Positions 50,567 to 63,879 of a DNA stretch of 64,000 nucleotides are shown here, piece after piece. Under the pieces are notes generated by a model. The model had not been told where the DNA came from, made no database searches, and saw only the letters and a program-made list of their open reading frames with translations. The DNA is from Raillietiella orientalis (lineage: Eukaryota): contig JAYWIR010000018.1 of NCBI GenBank assembly GCA_036172245.1, positions 372,001 to 436,000 on the forward strand, written 5' to 3'. The position numbers and the translations under genes were made by a program. Each line of letters opens with the position of its first letter. Position 1 is the first letter of the stretch.

Positions 50567-51920
50567 GTGGTCGGACTGTTGGTCGAGCGACGTCCTGGTG
50601 AGCACACCTATGCGAAAATGGGTCCGGAGCTGCTCTTGCGTCGTCCGCTGTTTCGTCCGCCTACCGCCGGACGATGGGAGGAGGAGAGGTCCACGGAAGA
50701 CCGTGAACGTGATACTTCCGCTTCCCTCCCAGGAGGAGGAATCCGCGATGACTAGACGGGTACGTTGCCGTGGTGACCCTCCGACGCTCCAGGAACAGGG
50801 CGGATCTGTGCCAGAAAAGACAGCAGAAAAGTCCTTCTTCCCCTGCCGGGTGGCAAAGAGGCGAGTGCGCCGCTGGCTCCGGGCCCTCGCTTTGAAGTCC
50901 CTCCCTCTGCCCCTCTTCCTGGGTAAGAGGGAGGGCACTTTCCGTGGCGAAACTGAGGTTTTGTTGGCAGGTTGGCAGCGGCGACGACGAGTCGCGGAGC
51001 GGGAGGCAGGACACGGTTGCCACCGCATCCCCGTTCCCTCGTTCCTCCGGCGTGACCATCATGTGCCGTCGCCTCGCCGCCTCTCCTGCAGCAGCGGCCG
51101 CAGGTGCTCACAGGCGCCGCTCGTTCGATGGAGACTGATGTCACTCCTTCAAGTGCGGATGCTTCCCTGCTCTCCCGTTCCCCACGGGGTTGGCGAAAAC
51201 GGGAGGAAGGAGGGGCCGGGGAACGCCCGCCTCTCAAAGCTGAGACATCTACTGGCCCGTCCACCTCCTCCCGCGTCGCTAGGGGACGCCGCGAGTCATT
51301 CCCGGGAGGAGCTCCCTCGGACACTTTTCGGGACGAACCACCCGCCCTCCCCCTACTGTCACCAAAAGGCAACAACGGAACGCGCGCACCCTGCCGAGGC
51401 ATCTAGCGTGTGCGGCTCCAGGAGAAACTGTGCGGTCCTCAGTAGGTCCTGGAGTTGACTTCTGACTCGTCGCCCACCTGCCTCTGTTCCCGGGAGGGTT
51501 TGTGCTCGAGTTCGCTGCTTCCCTCCCTTCCGGGCGAGCCGGGTAAGGTATGGCAAGTTGCACTGCGCAGCACGAGGGAAGCGCGGAGTGGGGGAGGAAA
51601 GGGGGGAGCAGGTCAAAAAGGCTGTGGAACGGTCCCTGAAGGCGGCGCAGTATCCTTCCGGTGCGAAAATCCCCATCTCGAAGAATCCCGAATCTTGTCC
51701 GACGAAGCGCGTGCAACAGGAGAAGCGGTGATGTCAGCGTAATCTCTCATTCTCCTGAGCGCGGGGGCATCCAGAGGAGGGAAAGAGAGAAGGGGTTGAC
51801 CTGAGGCAGCGGCAGGAGTTGAACTCCGAAAAGCTGAACATGCTGTCGGCATCGAGGCACAGTTCCGGGGTCGGCGGGAGAGGCTCTCCTGATGCACCAC
51901 CTGTGCCTCAGCACTCTCCT

Positions 51921-52205
51921 CCTCTGCCCGAGTTGCCGCGACGGCGTGGTGGCCATGGACCCCTCCACCTGCGGCAGGCGGACCGCACATCTCGCCCTCC
52001 GCGGGGGCTCATGCACGGCAATGCACCGGCTGGGAGGATGACTCCCGTTTCCACGGCGACAGCCAGTCCCGGGCCTATAGCAGATCCTCAGCCTCTCATC
52101 GGACTGGAACGGGTCGCATCCCTGGGGCCGGAAGGAGGAACCCCCCTTGGGCGCAGGCTCCACTCGGGTGGCGACGGAAGGGCAGGGCTGCTGCCGCCTC
52201 GCGGG
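51921..52205 (-). repeat. Right arm of the diverged inverted repeat
   Basis: See the left arm. The ORF track shows paralogous peptides MCGPPAAGGGVHDHHATAA (50486+) and MCGPPAAGGGVHGHHAVAA (51613-51990 -). Confidence 0.9.
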
Positions 52206-54659
52206 TGTTAAAGGGCACGGAGCAGGTGACCGACGGAAGGCCCCCGCCTGTTCTTGCAAGAATTTGTTTTCCCCTGCCACGGATGGGGTTGCAGCAGGAA
52301 TTTTCCGTGGCTGAGACGGTCCGAAGAGATGCTCCTTCCCCAGCTGATTCCTCTCCCACGGCGGCGGATGGAGCAGACACTCGTTCCCTTAGGGGATAAA
52401 GTGAGGATGACGAGGGATTGGTCCGTCGTGCAGTTCCGGAGGGCATGCACGCGCGCGTTTCTCGTGATCCCACCTGCACTGGCGAACGCGTCCCGCTCCG
52501 CTTCCATGGCTGACTCCGGGAAGATGCTGCCACCTTCCGACTAGAAGCTCTGCGCTGCGAGCCGAGGCAGCAGTGGTGGCCGCGCGCGTGCCTCCAGGAG
52601 AGCGATCCCCCCTCCCCTTCCCTTTCTCCTCACACGCAAGCAGGGAGAGTTCCTCCCGAGTTTCGCTGAGGCACGCGACCGGCGCGTCCCGAACGCCGGG
52701 ACCAGGCCCTTCTCCGTTCCTCTGCGCCGCAGGTGCAGATCCCGAGCGAATTCTGCTGCTCCTGAATACTGCAGAGCCGACCTCGATGCACGATGGGCGA
52801 AGGGACCAGTCGGCGATGACCCAACCCCCGGGGGAGGGCTCCATCTCATGGTGACACCACCCAATCCGACTGTCCCGCCGAGGCAGCAGGAAGTCTCGTG
52901 GCTCGCCATGCCCTCGGGCGGTGGTGGTCTTTCTGCGATTTCGTCCTTCGGCAGCGGACCGCATCCCCCCGTTCCTCGCGGTTTTCGTGTCTCCGCGGGG
53001 ATTCTTCTGACAGGCCCCCCTCTCTCCCAGGGAAGAGTGCCGGATTCCCTCCCATGTCGTTCCATCCCCGGCACGAACCTCACTTCCAGGAGATGTCCGC
53101 ATCTGCTCTTTGCTTCAAGCAAGGCACTCTGGGGTGGACTTTCCCTGTCCGGAGGCCACCGACTCTATCAGCGCTTCGCTGAGCAGGCGAGCGCTTCCCG
53201 CAACGCATGGGACGCTGACGCGTAGGAAATGGCAGCAGCCAACTGCGCCTTCGCTCCTGGACGCACTGAGGTGGAACTCAGGTGGCGCTCGTCAGGCGCC
53301 GTTCGGGAAGCTCGCGGGGAGCTCACCCATCCGAGTCCACGGAGACGCGACTTCTTCTCGCTTCCCTTGTGACCTCACTGCGGTCCTCGGGATGCTTGAG
53401 CCGAGGGGCGGCGGGCTCAGGAGGGCTCGGAGGAAAAGCGAGCACGGGAACCTCTTTTGACCCTGGAGCGATTAGGAGTTCCTTCGGAATGCCGGCATAC
53501 CACGGAGTCGAGGCGACTCCACTTCCCCATTCTCTCCGGAGAGATCCCCAGAAAGGATCCGCTCCCTGTTTCCTCCTCTGAAGAGAACCCCGAAGGAACG
53601 CTTCCCCATTTCGTTTGAAGGGAGTTCCTCGAAGGGCGCAGCGCGCTTCTCAACACTCTGGAGAAGCAACCCCTCAAGGAATATGTCAGCCAGCTTCATA
53701 GTGCGCGATGGTGCGGCTCCATTTTCACGACCGGAGGGGGGATCCCGAAGGAAACTGGGTCCTTGATTTCTGGGAGGACCCCGGAGGGTCCAATCCCGGG
53801 CGGGTTATGGGGGCATCCGGTTTCCGGCTTCCACCAGTGCCATGTCATCCTATGGGGGAAGAAGGGGGTAAGGCGCAAAACCCACGACGCACCACCACCC
53901 CCGTTCTCGGTGTCGATCCTTTCCCCGGGCGGGATGCGAACTCACGACGCTCGGTGTCACGCTCGGAGAAGACCGCAGCTGCATAGACACCAGCGCGAGT
54001 CCAACGTCGGGAAATTCTGAATGACCTTTCCCCTGACCCGCCACCACCCGAGGAGGTCTCGGGGATCACGAGACCGATGTGATCTTCGTGTCCTCCAAGA
54101 AATTTCTCGTTCCTGCTCCCTCGGAAACGGGACGCGAGCCGAATTGCCCCACCCCTCCCCCCGTTCGCAAACCGGTCGAACCGGCAAACTTTTCCAGGTA
54201 TCCCGGTTTTCTGACGCTATCTCGAGACGGGAAGGAGCCCGAGCGGTCCGTTCGGGAACCCGGTTCCTCTTGCTTCTGCTTCAGGCAATTCCGCCAGACT
54301 TCCACCAGACTCTCTCCACCGTGCCCGTGGCACACGAAGCCATGCGCAATGCAAAGGCAAGCATCATCATCATCAGATGCTGGAGTATTATCTGCCACAA
54401 CGTGAACTGATCGTAACAACCAACTGTTGCGACACGGCATCTGTATATGAATCGAATGCCATACAGCAATGAATGTGCTCTGATCTCAGCGTTTGGGCTC
54501 TCAAATCTTCTAAATAGAAAGGTTGGAAGCTGACATCCGACATCTGGAAAGATGTGTTCTTTCGAACGCTTACTTTCTGTGCATCCAAAAACACTTGGGT
54601 TGAGGTTTGGATTCTGGCCAGATCGTCCTGCAGAGACGCTGGAGCACTGATGGCCTGGC

Positions 54660-55080
54660 TTTTCCGTTCCCGTTTCGGAAAACTTCGCTCAGTCATTCGC
54701 AACGTGCACCCGGGATCATTGGCAGGTGCGGGAAGGGGACTCTCCACGCATCCGTCGTGCTGCGCACCCCACACTCTTCCGAGTCTCCAATGAAGAAGGC
54801 GCGTTTTGCATGGGATCCCCCGATGCAAGTCCGTCAGCGCCAACCTCTGCCTCTTGAGAGGAAGGATGCGATTGTTCCAGCACGCCGGGAGCCCCTTCAG
54901 ATCCTCTGGAGGAATTCCAGGCAGCTTGCTCCAGCTGGTGGGACAATCGAGGTCGTAGTGTTCGTAAGCTCTCGTGTTGTCCACGCCCCCAGAAGTTTCT
55001 TTTTCTGCTGCAATGGAGCGGATGACTTCCCACCTTGCCGAATTGAGACTGTCCTTTGCTTCTCCTAGGGAGGGCAGCGC
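54660..55080 (+). mobile_element. Decayed non-LTR RT N-terminal fragment
   Basis: SQRAPGIIG (like KAPGPDG), PLPLERKDAIVPARR...RNSRQL (like PxxWKxAxIxPIxK..NYRPI), LVLSTPPEVSFSAAMERMTSHLAE (like LLSTxxKxFxxxxxxRLxxHL). Confidence 0.4.
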
Positions 55081-56239
55081 TGGGACGAAGGTTGCAGCCA
55101 CTGTTTGACCAATAAAGCCAGATATGAAATCCTTACAATGCATTCGATAGAGAAAGAACGTCCCCTTCCCCCCCCCAAAAAAAAAAAAAAAAACGGCATT
55201 TGGACATTAGTAATGGTCAAACAGACGAGAGACCAGCAGCCGCAAACATAATTGAGTTTCGCATGTGCTTTTCCAGTTGTGAAGACCCAAACAAGAAGGC
55301 AGACTGTCGGAGCGAGCTGTGAAAGGGGAAATCTCTTATGACTGCATTGTTGCCTGGAAGCTCTTTGTAAGCTGAAGCTACGAGGCTCCGTATAAAGCTT
55401 AATGGACCAAGTCATCGTAGGGCTAGAGCCAGCCCAACGTCACGGCACTGTCACGAACCTTCAGTGCCAACACTGACGAGTGGCTCCCATTTTTACCTCG
55501 TGTTAGGGTTCCGAATGTGAAAACTTCACCCCAGCAATGCATCCTATTCCCCCATGAGTTCAGTTTGTGTAATTATAGAAAGCAAGTAACGGTGTACACG
55601 GGAACAGCAGCGTTGGTCCATAGAAGATTCCGGAAATTCGGATTGCCGACTACTGGTATGTGTTCATCCAGTCCTCTTCTGTTCTGAATCTTGATTTTCT
55701 TTTACAAAAGAGATGCAGCAACCGTGATTCGGAATAACATGTGGAAGGCATGCCTGTAAAGAGAAGTTCTAAAACACTTAAAATGCAACAGGGTGGAGGT
55801 TTCGTGGCTGAGCACTTTGCTGTCCTGTAGGCTATCACACTGGTCTCACTGCGTGGGGCCCAATTTCAAACACAGCAAAGATCCTTTCAAGAGGCGCAAA
55901 CAAACGCATGCAGGGTTGTCAGAAGACGACCATCGCGTTCATTCTTTTCTCTGTTTTGCGCTAGTGCCTTTTTTCTTCATCTTCTCGCAATCCTTGTTTT
56001 GGGCGTGGCCGGCTTTCCCTATCATCGGTTTTCCAGATTAAAGTTCGTTTTCTCCCTGTTTCCAGAAAAAATGCTTTTCTTCGCAAAATGCTTAAGTCAG
56101 AAGTTTCCTTGGTTCATCTATGGCGATGCCAGTTTCATTTCTAAAAGCTAGCGTCGTTCTCGGAATCCACCGTGATCCGAAACGTCCTCCAACCATGGAG
56201 CAGGAAAGAGATGAGAGGCATTTCCGGTGGGAGGAGGCA

Positions 56240-56960
56240 GAATGAGTGTCACAGTTAGACCGACCGCGCTCGTGGGGCCGGAAAAGAGGTAGCTGTCGCG
56301 TTTGGGAATGCACACTGCGGAGGCAGCGAAGAATCACCCACCCTTCTCTTGACTACGACGGTCTGGAGATACTCTCTTGTTCTCGAGGAACGGACAGAGA
56401 TGCGACGTGTCCTGAAATTCCATTTTCTCCAGACCTGTCATGGGTGGAGAGACCTCTGTCACAAGAATGCAACACAGACATGCTGTTTCAATGAGCTTTC
56501 CCCGGAGCAATTGTTGCCTCCTTCATGTCTTGACATCCCGAGAACCTGAGGCACTCATAGACAAGAGCTTGACCAGAGCTCACTGCTCTTTCAAAATTCC
56601 TTCCTTGCACTTCCGGGAAAGTGGGTCAGTCGTAGTGACTCCATAACGATAAAACAAGCTCCTTGGAAGCGGAAAGTTACCTTTGCAGCCGGTTCTTCAC
56701 AAGGCAATTCCCGAGGAAGGTGGAGAAGAGGGCTTATCCCCTTTACTTTCAACAGCAGCTTCTTGAAGGGAAGATGATGGATGGTCTTCACCTGCCATGT
56801 TGTGCAATGTCTTTCGTACTGCTGCTGTTTTGGACCTTACTAAGTAAGGTTAACTATCTCTAATTCTTCGGTGCTCCCGCTGTCCGAGCACGGAAATTCG
56901 TCGCCATGGCTGCTCGCAGAAGAGCGGAGGCCGTTTCTACCTACCGGGAACAAAACGCTG
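56240..56960 (+). mobile_element. Decayed non-LTR RT remnant
   Basis: WGRKRGSC (like GFRxxRxC), CLDIPRT, and TTATCCCCTTTACTTTCAAC, which is one base short of encoding LSPLLFN. Confidence 0.35.
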
Positions 56961-59900
56961 TCTTGAAAGACTGCAAGGGGATGACTCGCCACGCAGACAC
57001 TCATGTTTACCGCTCATGAGGCGCGTAGTTTCTCCGGCAACCGAAAGCAGTGTCAGTCACCTCGGAGAAGGCACACCCACGCCTCCACTCTCGCCCACAA
57101 GAACACTGCAACCGTCCTCCCTGCATGGGCATTGCAGCAACCTTGGCATTCCAGGAGACGACCCGGAAGGAGCGAGCTACGAACTCGACGCAAACAGGTT
57201 AGCGCCGGAGGTTGAGGTAACGCATCCGCCAGAGCCAAAGTTTAAAAGAGCGGCAGGGGTGGGAGGATACTTGCGAGGAAGCTTCATAGGCATATCGGAG
57301 AAATGGGTAGTGCACCACTTGAGCTTAAAAGTGGAAGTACGGGACTAGGGTGAGGACAGTGCCGCTTACCTGGTCGCCTGAGCAAAAACAGAAGCGGATC
57401 AAACCCCAGAGATCCAACAAGATCCCCAGATAGCCTCTTTACTGCATGAGCGGAACCAAAAAGAATGCAATGAAAGAGAGCCAGACAGACGCGTGTCACC
57501 TCCCCTCTCTTGAAAGTCCTATCAGCATCCGATATGCGTGCATCAGCGGTGAGATAGGTTGGACCACAGTAGGTAGGAAGTGGACAGGAGCTAAAGGAGC
57601 TGCTCGTAAATTGGAGGCCAGCTCCATCATCCGCCCATCTGGGACTGCATCCGGTCCTCGTTTCGCAGATGCTGGCGACCTACGTTCCGAAGCTGTCGCT
57701 GCTCTCGTCAGCCGGAATGCTTTCGCTACAGCAGCGGAGCCACAAAGTGAGAGTCAGAGGGGAAGAGATCGCATAGCGCCAACTCCTCAAGCTCTCCTCC
57801 CCTTCCTCCAGAGATGCTTGCTCCGAGGGACGGTGGAGTCAGAAGGAAGGCTTGGAGGAAGAGCAGGCACAGGAACGCTTTTGACCTTGGAGTGATCAGG
57901 TGTCCCTTCGGAATGTCGGCATACTACATTCGAGTTGTCGGGTTCTGAACGTCCTGGCCCTTTTGGAGATGCGATCGCTCTCGCCAGAAACCCTGTGCCT
58001 GCCGTATCGAACGGGTAGGAGCCGGCCTGGAAAAGTCAGATCTGCTAATCCCAGGCAATAGGGGATGCGAAGCGATGCGCGACACCTCATCGATGGAAGC
58101 AGAATTCCCGAAAAGTATTCGCCTTAAAAGAGACTCCTTATAATGGTGCGACGACAGGGAGACAGAGAGTGATCGAGGAAGAGGCAGGCAGGAATCCGGA
58201 TTCTCCAGTAGAGCTTGTCGGTGGAGCTGGTTACAGCGGCGTCAAAATTTCTCCACCCAGGACATCCGTGCACGGGATGTCGGCGACTGGAGGCGGAAGA
58301 ACGGTCAAGTACCCTCCAAGCTTGGGAATGGGTGCGCTCCGTAGAGAACAGAAAGATCTTTATGGTCAAGATGAAGGCGAGCCATGGAGCATGGATACTG
58401 AAGACGCTTTCGTGGAGCTCCGGGTTCTCTGGCCAGTCTTACGAATCAGCAACGACAGCCTGATGCTGCGGAAAACGAGAAGGGGAGCGGGAAGAATGGA
58501 AAAAAGAGGAAGGAGCACAGCGATCCTCCGGGTTCCGTCTATCGCTCCTCACGGCAGGACGCAGTCTTCCAGAGAGTGAGACATAAGCAACACATGCCGG
58601 AAGAAACACATCAGGCAGTTTGACCTCGACTGCAAGACGGAAGCTCCGACGCCTCGGTACGAGATGCAGGTCTCTCCCGTGTCCATGAGCTCAACGGAGA
58701 GGCGGAACAGAAGATGTCCTGATGGCGTCTTCCGACGGTCATCACGAGAGGATACTCACCGAAGACACTCTGACCGGCATCGGCAAGGCGCAGCCGAAGG
58801 CGCGCTTTGCTGGCTTTGCTCACAGTTGAGAGCTCCTGCTGGCACCTGGAGAACAGCGCGCAGGCGCCTTCATCTGTCAGCAAGTTGATTAGGCTCAGGC
58901 AAGGGACGCTGTGTGCGTCCTGGGGAAGAGAGGAGAACTGGTGATTGGAAAGCATGCAGGGAGACATAGTGATTCGTCCTACTGTCGGGAAGCAACAGCG
59001 CAGATGCTTCTTAACCAATGAACCCAAGATGAGTACGATGTCTTCGTGGTTCGCTTCGTCTTTTGGGAGGGACGAAAGCTGGAGGTTGTAGAAGGACCCC
59101 AAGACCTGCGGAGACCTATTGCTGGAGAGAGTAGCCCAGCAAGGCGTGGCTAGAAAGCTGTTTAATGGAGCCACTGGGATGCGGATCCAGCGCTGGAGTT
59201 TTTTTTTTTTTTTTTCCCCTACAGTTCTCCCACACTGAAGATCTGTCCTGTCTTCATGTCTTTACGAACGCGAGAAAAGGTCCTCAATCGTCTCCCCCCC
59301 CCCACACACACACACGAACGCGATGATGCTGAAATCGCGGAGAAAAATCGTTGCTGCACTCCAGGCAGTTTGGGCACGTTTGGACATCCCGTTCCCCCTT
59401 CCCCAGAGAGGAAGAACCAGTTTACCAAACGAACCACTTGCGGAGCCGTTGCGATGAGTCGCAGGGCGCTCCAAGGAAGCGGGCTCGAAACTCATCGCAA
59501 GGGCTACTAGCCTAGAGAACGTGACAGGACGATGTCCTCCAGGAATGGGTCCCAGCCATCTCACTTGGTTGTCTGGATGAAACTCTCCTTGCCTTGCCCT
59601 AAACGATATCATGGTCGGCCGAGAGATCCATGTGGTCGTCTTTCTCGTGGAAATTCCCGCGGGATGCCAAACAGGAGACGAATTGGTGGTTGAATCAAAA
59701 CCAGATGTCTCTCGCGATCAATGGACGATGGCCGCAAATGCGTCGTCTGCCGAATCGAGGTGCCGGAACTCAGGACCTTATTTTACTCGATGGGGTTCTT
59801 TCGCGAGCTGGATTGCTTTGGAAACCGGTCTTTCTTCCATCAACGCACCTTATTTCTTCGCATCAACCTTATTTCTCTCCGGAAATGCTCACCCTGTCGC

Positions 59901-60070
59901 ACGTCTCTGTCGCTGGTCGAGTGCTTTTACATGCTAGGCAGCGTGCATTTAAGCGAAGGCATGCCTGCTCCTAAAAGACTATCCTTCCACGCGATGCACT
60001 TCAATGAAACATGAACGCGCTGCATACAAACTTGTACAAAGTGTTACATACTCTCCCAAACCGGCCATAG

Positions 60071-60116
60071 CGGAAGTGCGCTCCAGTGCATGAACTAGCA
60101 GGGAACTTAGGTAAGT
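60071..60116 (+). promoter_or_regulatory. Possible promoter and non-coding first exon (ETS-type CGGAAGTG followed by an AG|GTAAGT donor)
   Basis: CGGAAGTG at 60071 and a consensus donor at 60111, followed by a switch to AT-rich, CpG-poor DNA. No coding exon identified within the window. Confidence 0.35.
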
Positions 60117-62249
60117 TCTATGGTTTATTACACTAAAATTAAAGCGAGTCGTAGTTTGTTAGTTATAAATGAAAATGATTCAGATGAGAACGAACGAATA
60201 AGCCCTCGGAAAGCCTTAGTAACGAATAACTCCGATAAGGAAAGAACGTTTCCCTGACAAGCAATGAGTAAGGCAAGCGTTCGCAAAAGTTGCCTCCCCT
60301 TTACTGTTACTATGTAATGGGTCGCATATTCCCAGAAAATAAACTTTACCTTGCAGAATTTTGCTGCGACGTTGTTTTTCGCTGTGGCTCCTTGTAATGC
60401 TTTGTCCGACAAACAGAGATCCCCTACGTTACAACTCACATATCTCTGTTTGAACTGAAAAATAGGTGGAGGTAAATGTTTGCTATTCAAGAAAGCTTGT
60501 AGCTGTTGTACATAATCCTCAGGGTGCCTTTCAGTTGCAAAGTAACGTTCTCTTCAAATAGAAAACAGGGAATCAGTTCACTGATGTGATCAGAGTGCAT
60601 AAGATGTACAATTTCAAATGAGTCCAATTTACAAATCGGTATTGAACATGAAACTAGGTACAAGCAGAAACAATGAGATGGACCACTAGATGAGCTCCAC
60701 TCTTTTAACAAAAGAAAATTCCTGACAATTTCCAAATGGACACAGAGCTCCAATGATAAATGTTGAAAACTTGAGAACACCTGTGCACACTTCACCAGAC
60801 AACATGTGCGTTTAGCTGGCTCTTAATTCAGTAGAATGCTGGATGTCGTTGGCAATCTCTTCTCTAGCATTTCAATGATACTTGTAACAGATTGCTTTGG
60901 TTTGTAATGATGTCATCATGAAGACATCAGTCTCCTTTAATTGACAACCTTGCAGTAATAACCACTTTGCAGTCAAGTAGGCATTTTGGGATACTGCAGT
61001 TACTTTATGGCACAAACATATGGATAAGCATCATTCTTTCCATGATCCTGAATCTATAAAGCCAAAACTGAGCTCCATTGATGACATAACAAGGCTTCAT
61101 TAGATATCACAGCACCATTTGGTGAATTTTAGTGACAGTTTCACATGTGCCATATGGCATTCTTGGAATTTCTTTTCTGGATTTTGATAGGAAAACAACG
61201 TTAGATTAAGATTTCACATTTCATGAAATGAAACATGGAATCTTAAGCTGCTTTTCCCCTTAGGCAAATGGATATAAGGGATGGTTCTGGGAACTGCAGT
61301 ATTTTACTTATAATGCCTTGTGGATTGCCAGTTTGTTTGCTACATATAGTGTTATTTTCTGAGGGCTGTGCCTATGAGGAATCATTTTTACATTCCATCC
61401 AATTTCCTTAGACTTGCACTAAGATATGTACATCAGCTACTTAGCATGTTCAGCATAAAGGAAATAGCGTTTTAATATTTCCTTATTGTTGTAAAAGTCA
61501 TTTAATGTTATATAGGCGAGTAAAATGCTTCTGAAAAGTCTTGGAGAATCACTAAGAGATAATTTTCAGTTTTCTTTAAATAAGGAGTAGAATACAATAG
61601 TGGCTTTTTTAAATTTTGCAGTTATCAAGCTAAACTTGGAACAAAATTTACAAGACTTTCCAGACTCAAGCTTGAATGCAAACACACAAAACTCTGTCTG
61701 TGCAAAGTTTTTCTAATCTCCTTAAAAATTATCTCCCTTCACCTAAACTTATCTCGAGTGCGCTCTCAGACAGCTCACAATAGAAAGATGTGTTTTGTAA
61801 GCCGCGGTTGACTTGGTTTGCAGTGATTTCATCCAGATACCAGCCTCCTTTCATTGTTTCAAGGGTTGAAATGGATGTTCACTCATTTCTTAGTTGATAT
61901 ATTTAAGTAAAAACCCATAAAAAATCATTTAATATATTTAAATGATTTTGTTAAACGTTTAAGAAATGAGTTTATAATTAGGAATCCTGTTATTTTCACA
62001 AAAGAGGCTTGTATGCCCAGCAACTTCTTGGAGCAATGGATGACACGATCTTCATGTAATGTGACCTTAGAAATAAATGCTGCAACAGGTGGTACTTCGA
62101 CTTCTTACAAACACTGAGATCAGAAACGATTTAAGCAAAATCGTATCGTGTACTGGCTTCAAAGAAGACAGGATTTAGAGAGCAGTTATAATTTGAACTA
62201 GACTTCTTGTACTAGTTTGCTGTGTATGAAAGTACGTCATAGGCAATGG

Positions 62250-63790
62250 TATCGCTTTCGTTAGTGCAGTGCATTGGCATTAGCAAATGACGGTCAAGAT
62301 TCTAAAAAGAAAAGTAAGCTCTGCAACAGAAGCAAGATCATTTTTGGTTGAAAGTTGCACCCAACTATCTGAAACGGAGGTTTCATTTGTTCCCAAAATG
62401 GGAACATAAATTTCCAACTTGAACATCAATGGTGTGGGAACAAAAACGAAAACGGAAATAATAGGTGATAAAGAACTCATGCTATACAAATGACAGATAT
62501 CCCTTCACATATTTTTGTAGTTTTGACCCATAATCTTTGAAAAAAGAAGAAAGATCTAACAACTTTTTAAAAATCATGATGAAGTAATCGCGAACGAGTG
62601 GTGAGGGACGACAAATATATATATATATATATATCAGAAATCCTAATTGCGTTGGAGGGAGTCTTTGACTGATGATGGTATATGAATTTTCGATTTCTCT
62701 TCAACCGAATGAATGCTAGAGATCCTTTAGGTTTTGCTGAGAATTTTGTAGTCCAGAGACGAAATACCGGTCGGAAGAGGCTTTTTGCGTTCAGTGCCAT
62801 CCGCGAGCATGCCCACCAGCGATTGCCGGTGTGTGTGCCAAGACTCGGCACCAAACGATCATGCAGCAGGCCTTATACATGTGTGTGCATTCAGAAAAAT
62901 CAAGTTTCATCCAACTCCATCAGTGACAGGAAAAGCTTGTTTCTAGCATGTGAATTTTCCGAAACGCAGCAGCAGTGATTTTGTGTCTGCACCACCAGGA
63001 AATCTCCTTCCGTGCTTGCGACTCGGCAAAAAATCTGCCTCCCGGAACGCATGGCATGCATTCCTGCCACGACCCCACTCGTGCCTGACGGATGGTGGGA
63101 AATGCATTTGACAAGCGCTTGCAAAGGGGAGCATCGATGGGCTTGGTATCGGAAAACCTTTAAGGGATCGCAATTTGGGATCCAAGGAAAATTGCAGTTT
63201 CGAACTTTCAGGAACTTCGTCTCTATTGCTGTTTTCCAAAAACCAATAGACATTGTGTTTGAGTATTCGCTGCTTGCTTTTGCTGCACGCACCGGACCTC
63301 AAGTTCGGAAGCACGACAGCATTGGTTCCACTAGGGAAAGTTCTATGATGTCGTTGTTCACAAACATTCTGATAGCATTGAGATGAAGCGTGTCATCTCA
63401 AGATCAGCTTTTCTCATTCTCCTAAGTGGAGTTACTTTCACCGCGCTCCAGGATAACTGCGGCCGGTCCACTCCTGTTTGCTCTTGTTTCTCCTCCGCGT
63501 TCTTCGCCTAGGCAGTTCACAGGCTCCAGAGTTCCAGAGCCGAGGCTGCATTTGCAAACTCAAGGTTCAACGTAAGCGCTACGTCTCTGCAGTGCCAGCA
63601 AGTTGAGGTCTTATACGCGCATGTTGCCATGGTTTCAGAGATAGTGTCGTCGGAACACTTGAGTATGTCCAGCGTAAATGATAAACCGTTGGATTTCTCC
63701 CGTGTGACTTTCAGACCCTGGACTGAATCGTCAAAAGTACTCCTAGCTGTCATGCTCTATCGCCGATGCTTCAGACCGGCGCAGACTTTC
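62250..63790 (+). mobile_element. Decayed CR1/L2-like LINE ORF2 remnant (best-preserved retroelement in the window)
   Basis: Ordered motifs across frameshifts: SRPYTCVC...ISDRKSLFL...QQQ*F, GNAFDKR (KAFD), FGIQGKL...RNFVS (like YGIxGKLLxWIxNFLS), GTLEYVQRK (like LExVQRxATK), SKVLLAVMLYRRCFR (like RLxxLxLxxLxxRRxR). A (CA)n-A(n) tract follows at about 63844-63879. Confidence 0.55.
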
Positions 63791-63846
63791 GCGGTTTAGA
63801 CGGGGGAAAAAAGCGTGGTAATAGATTGCTGCATGACGCAGAAACA

Positions 63847-63879
<33 letters not shown>

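Noticed and set aside
49899..51458. Longest ORF in the track (519 aa)
   Set aside because: Arg/Pro/Gly/Ser-rich with no coherent domain. It overlaps an inverted-repeat arm, and the RT-like motifs are spread over different frames. Best explained as stop-poor GC-rich decayed retroelement DNA.
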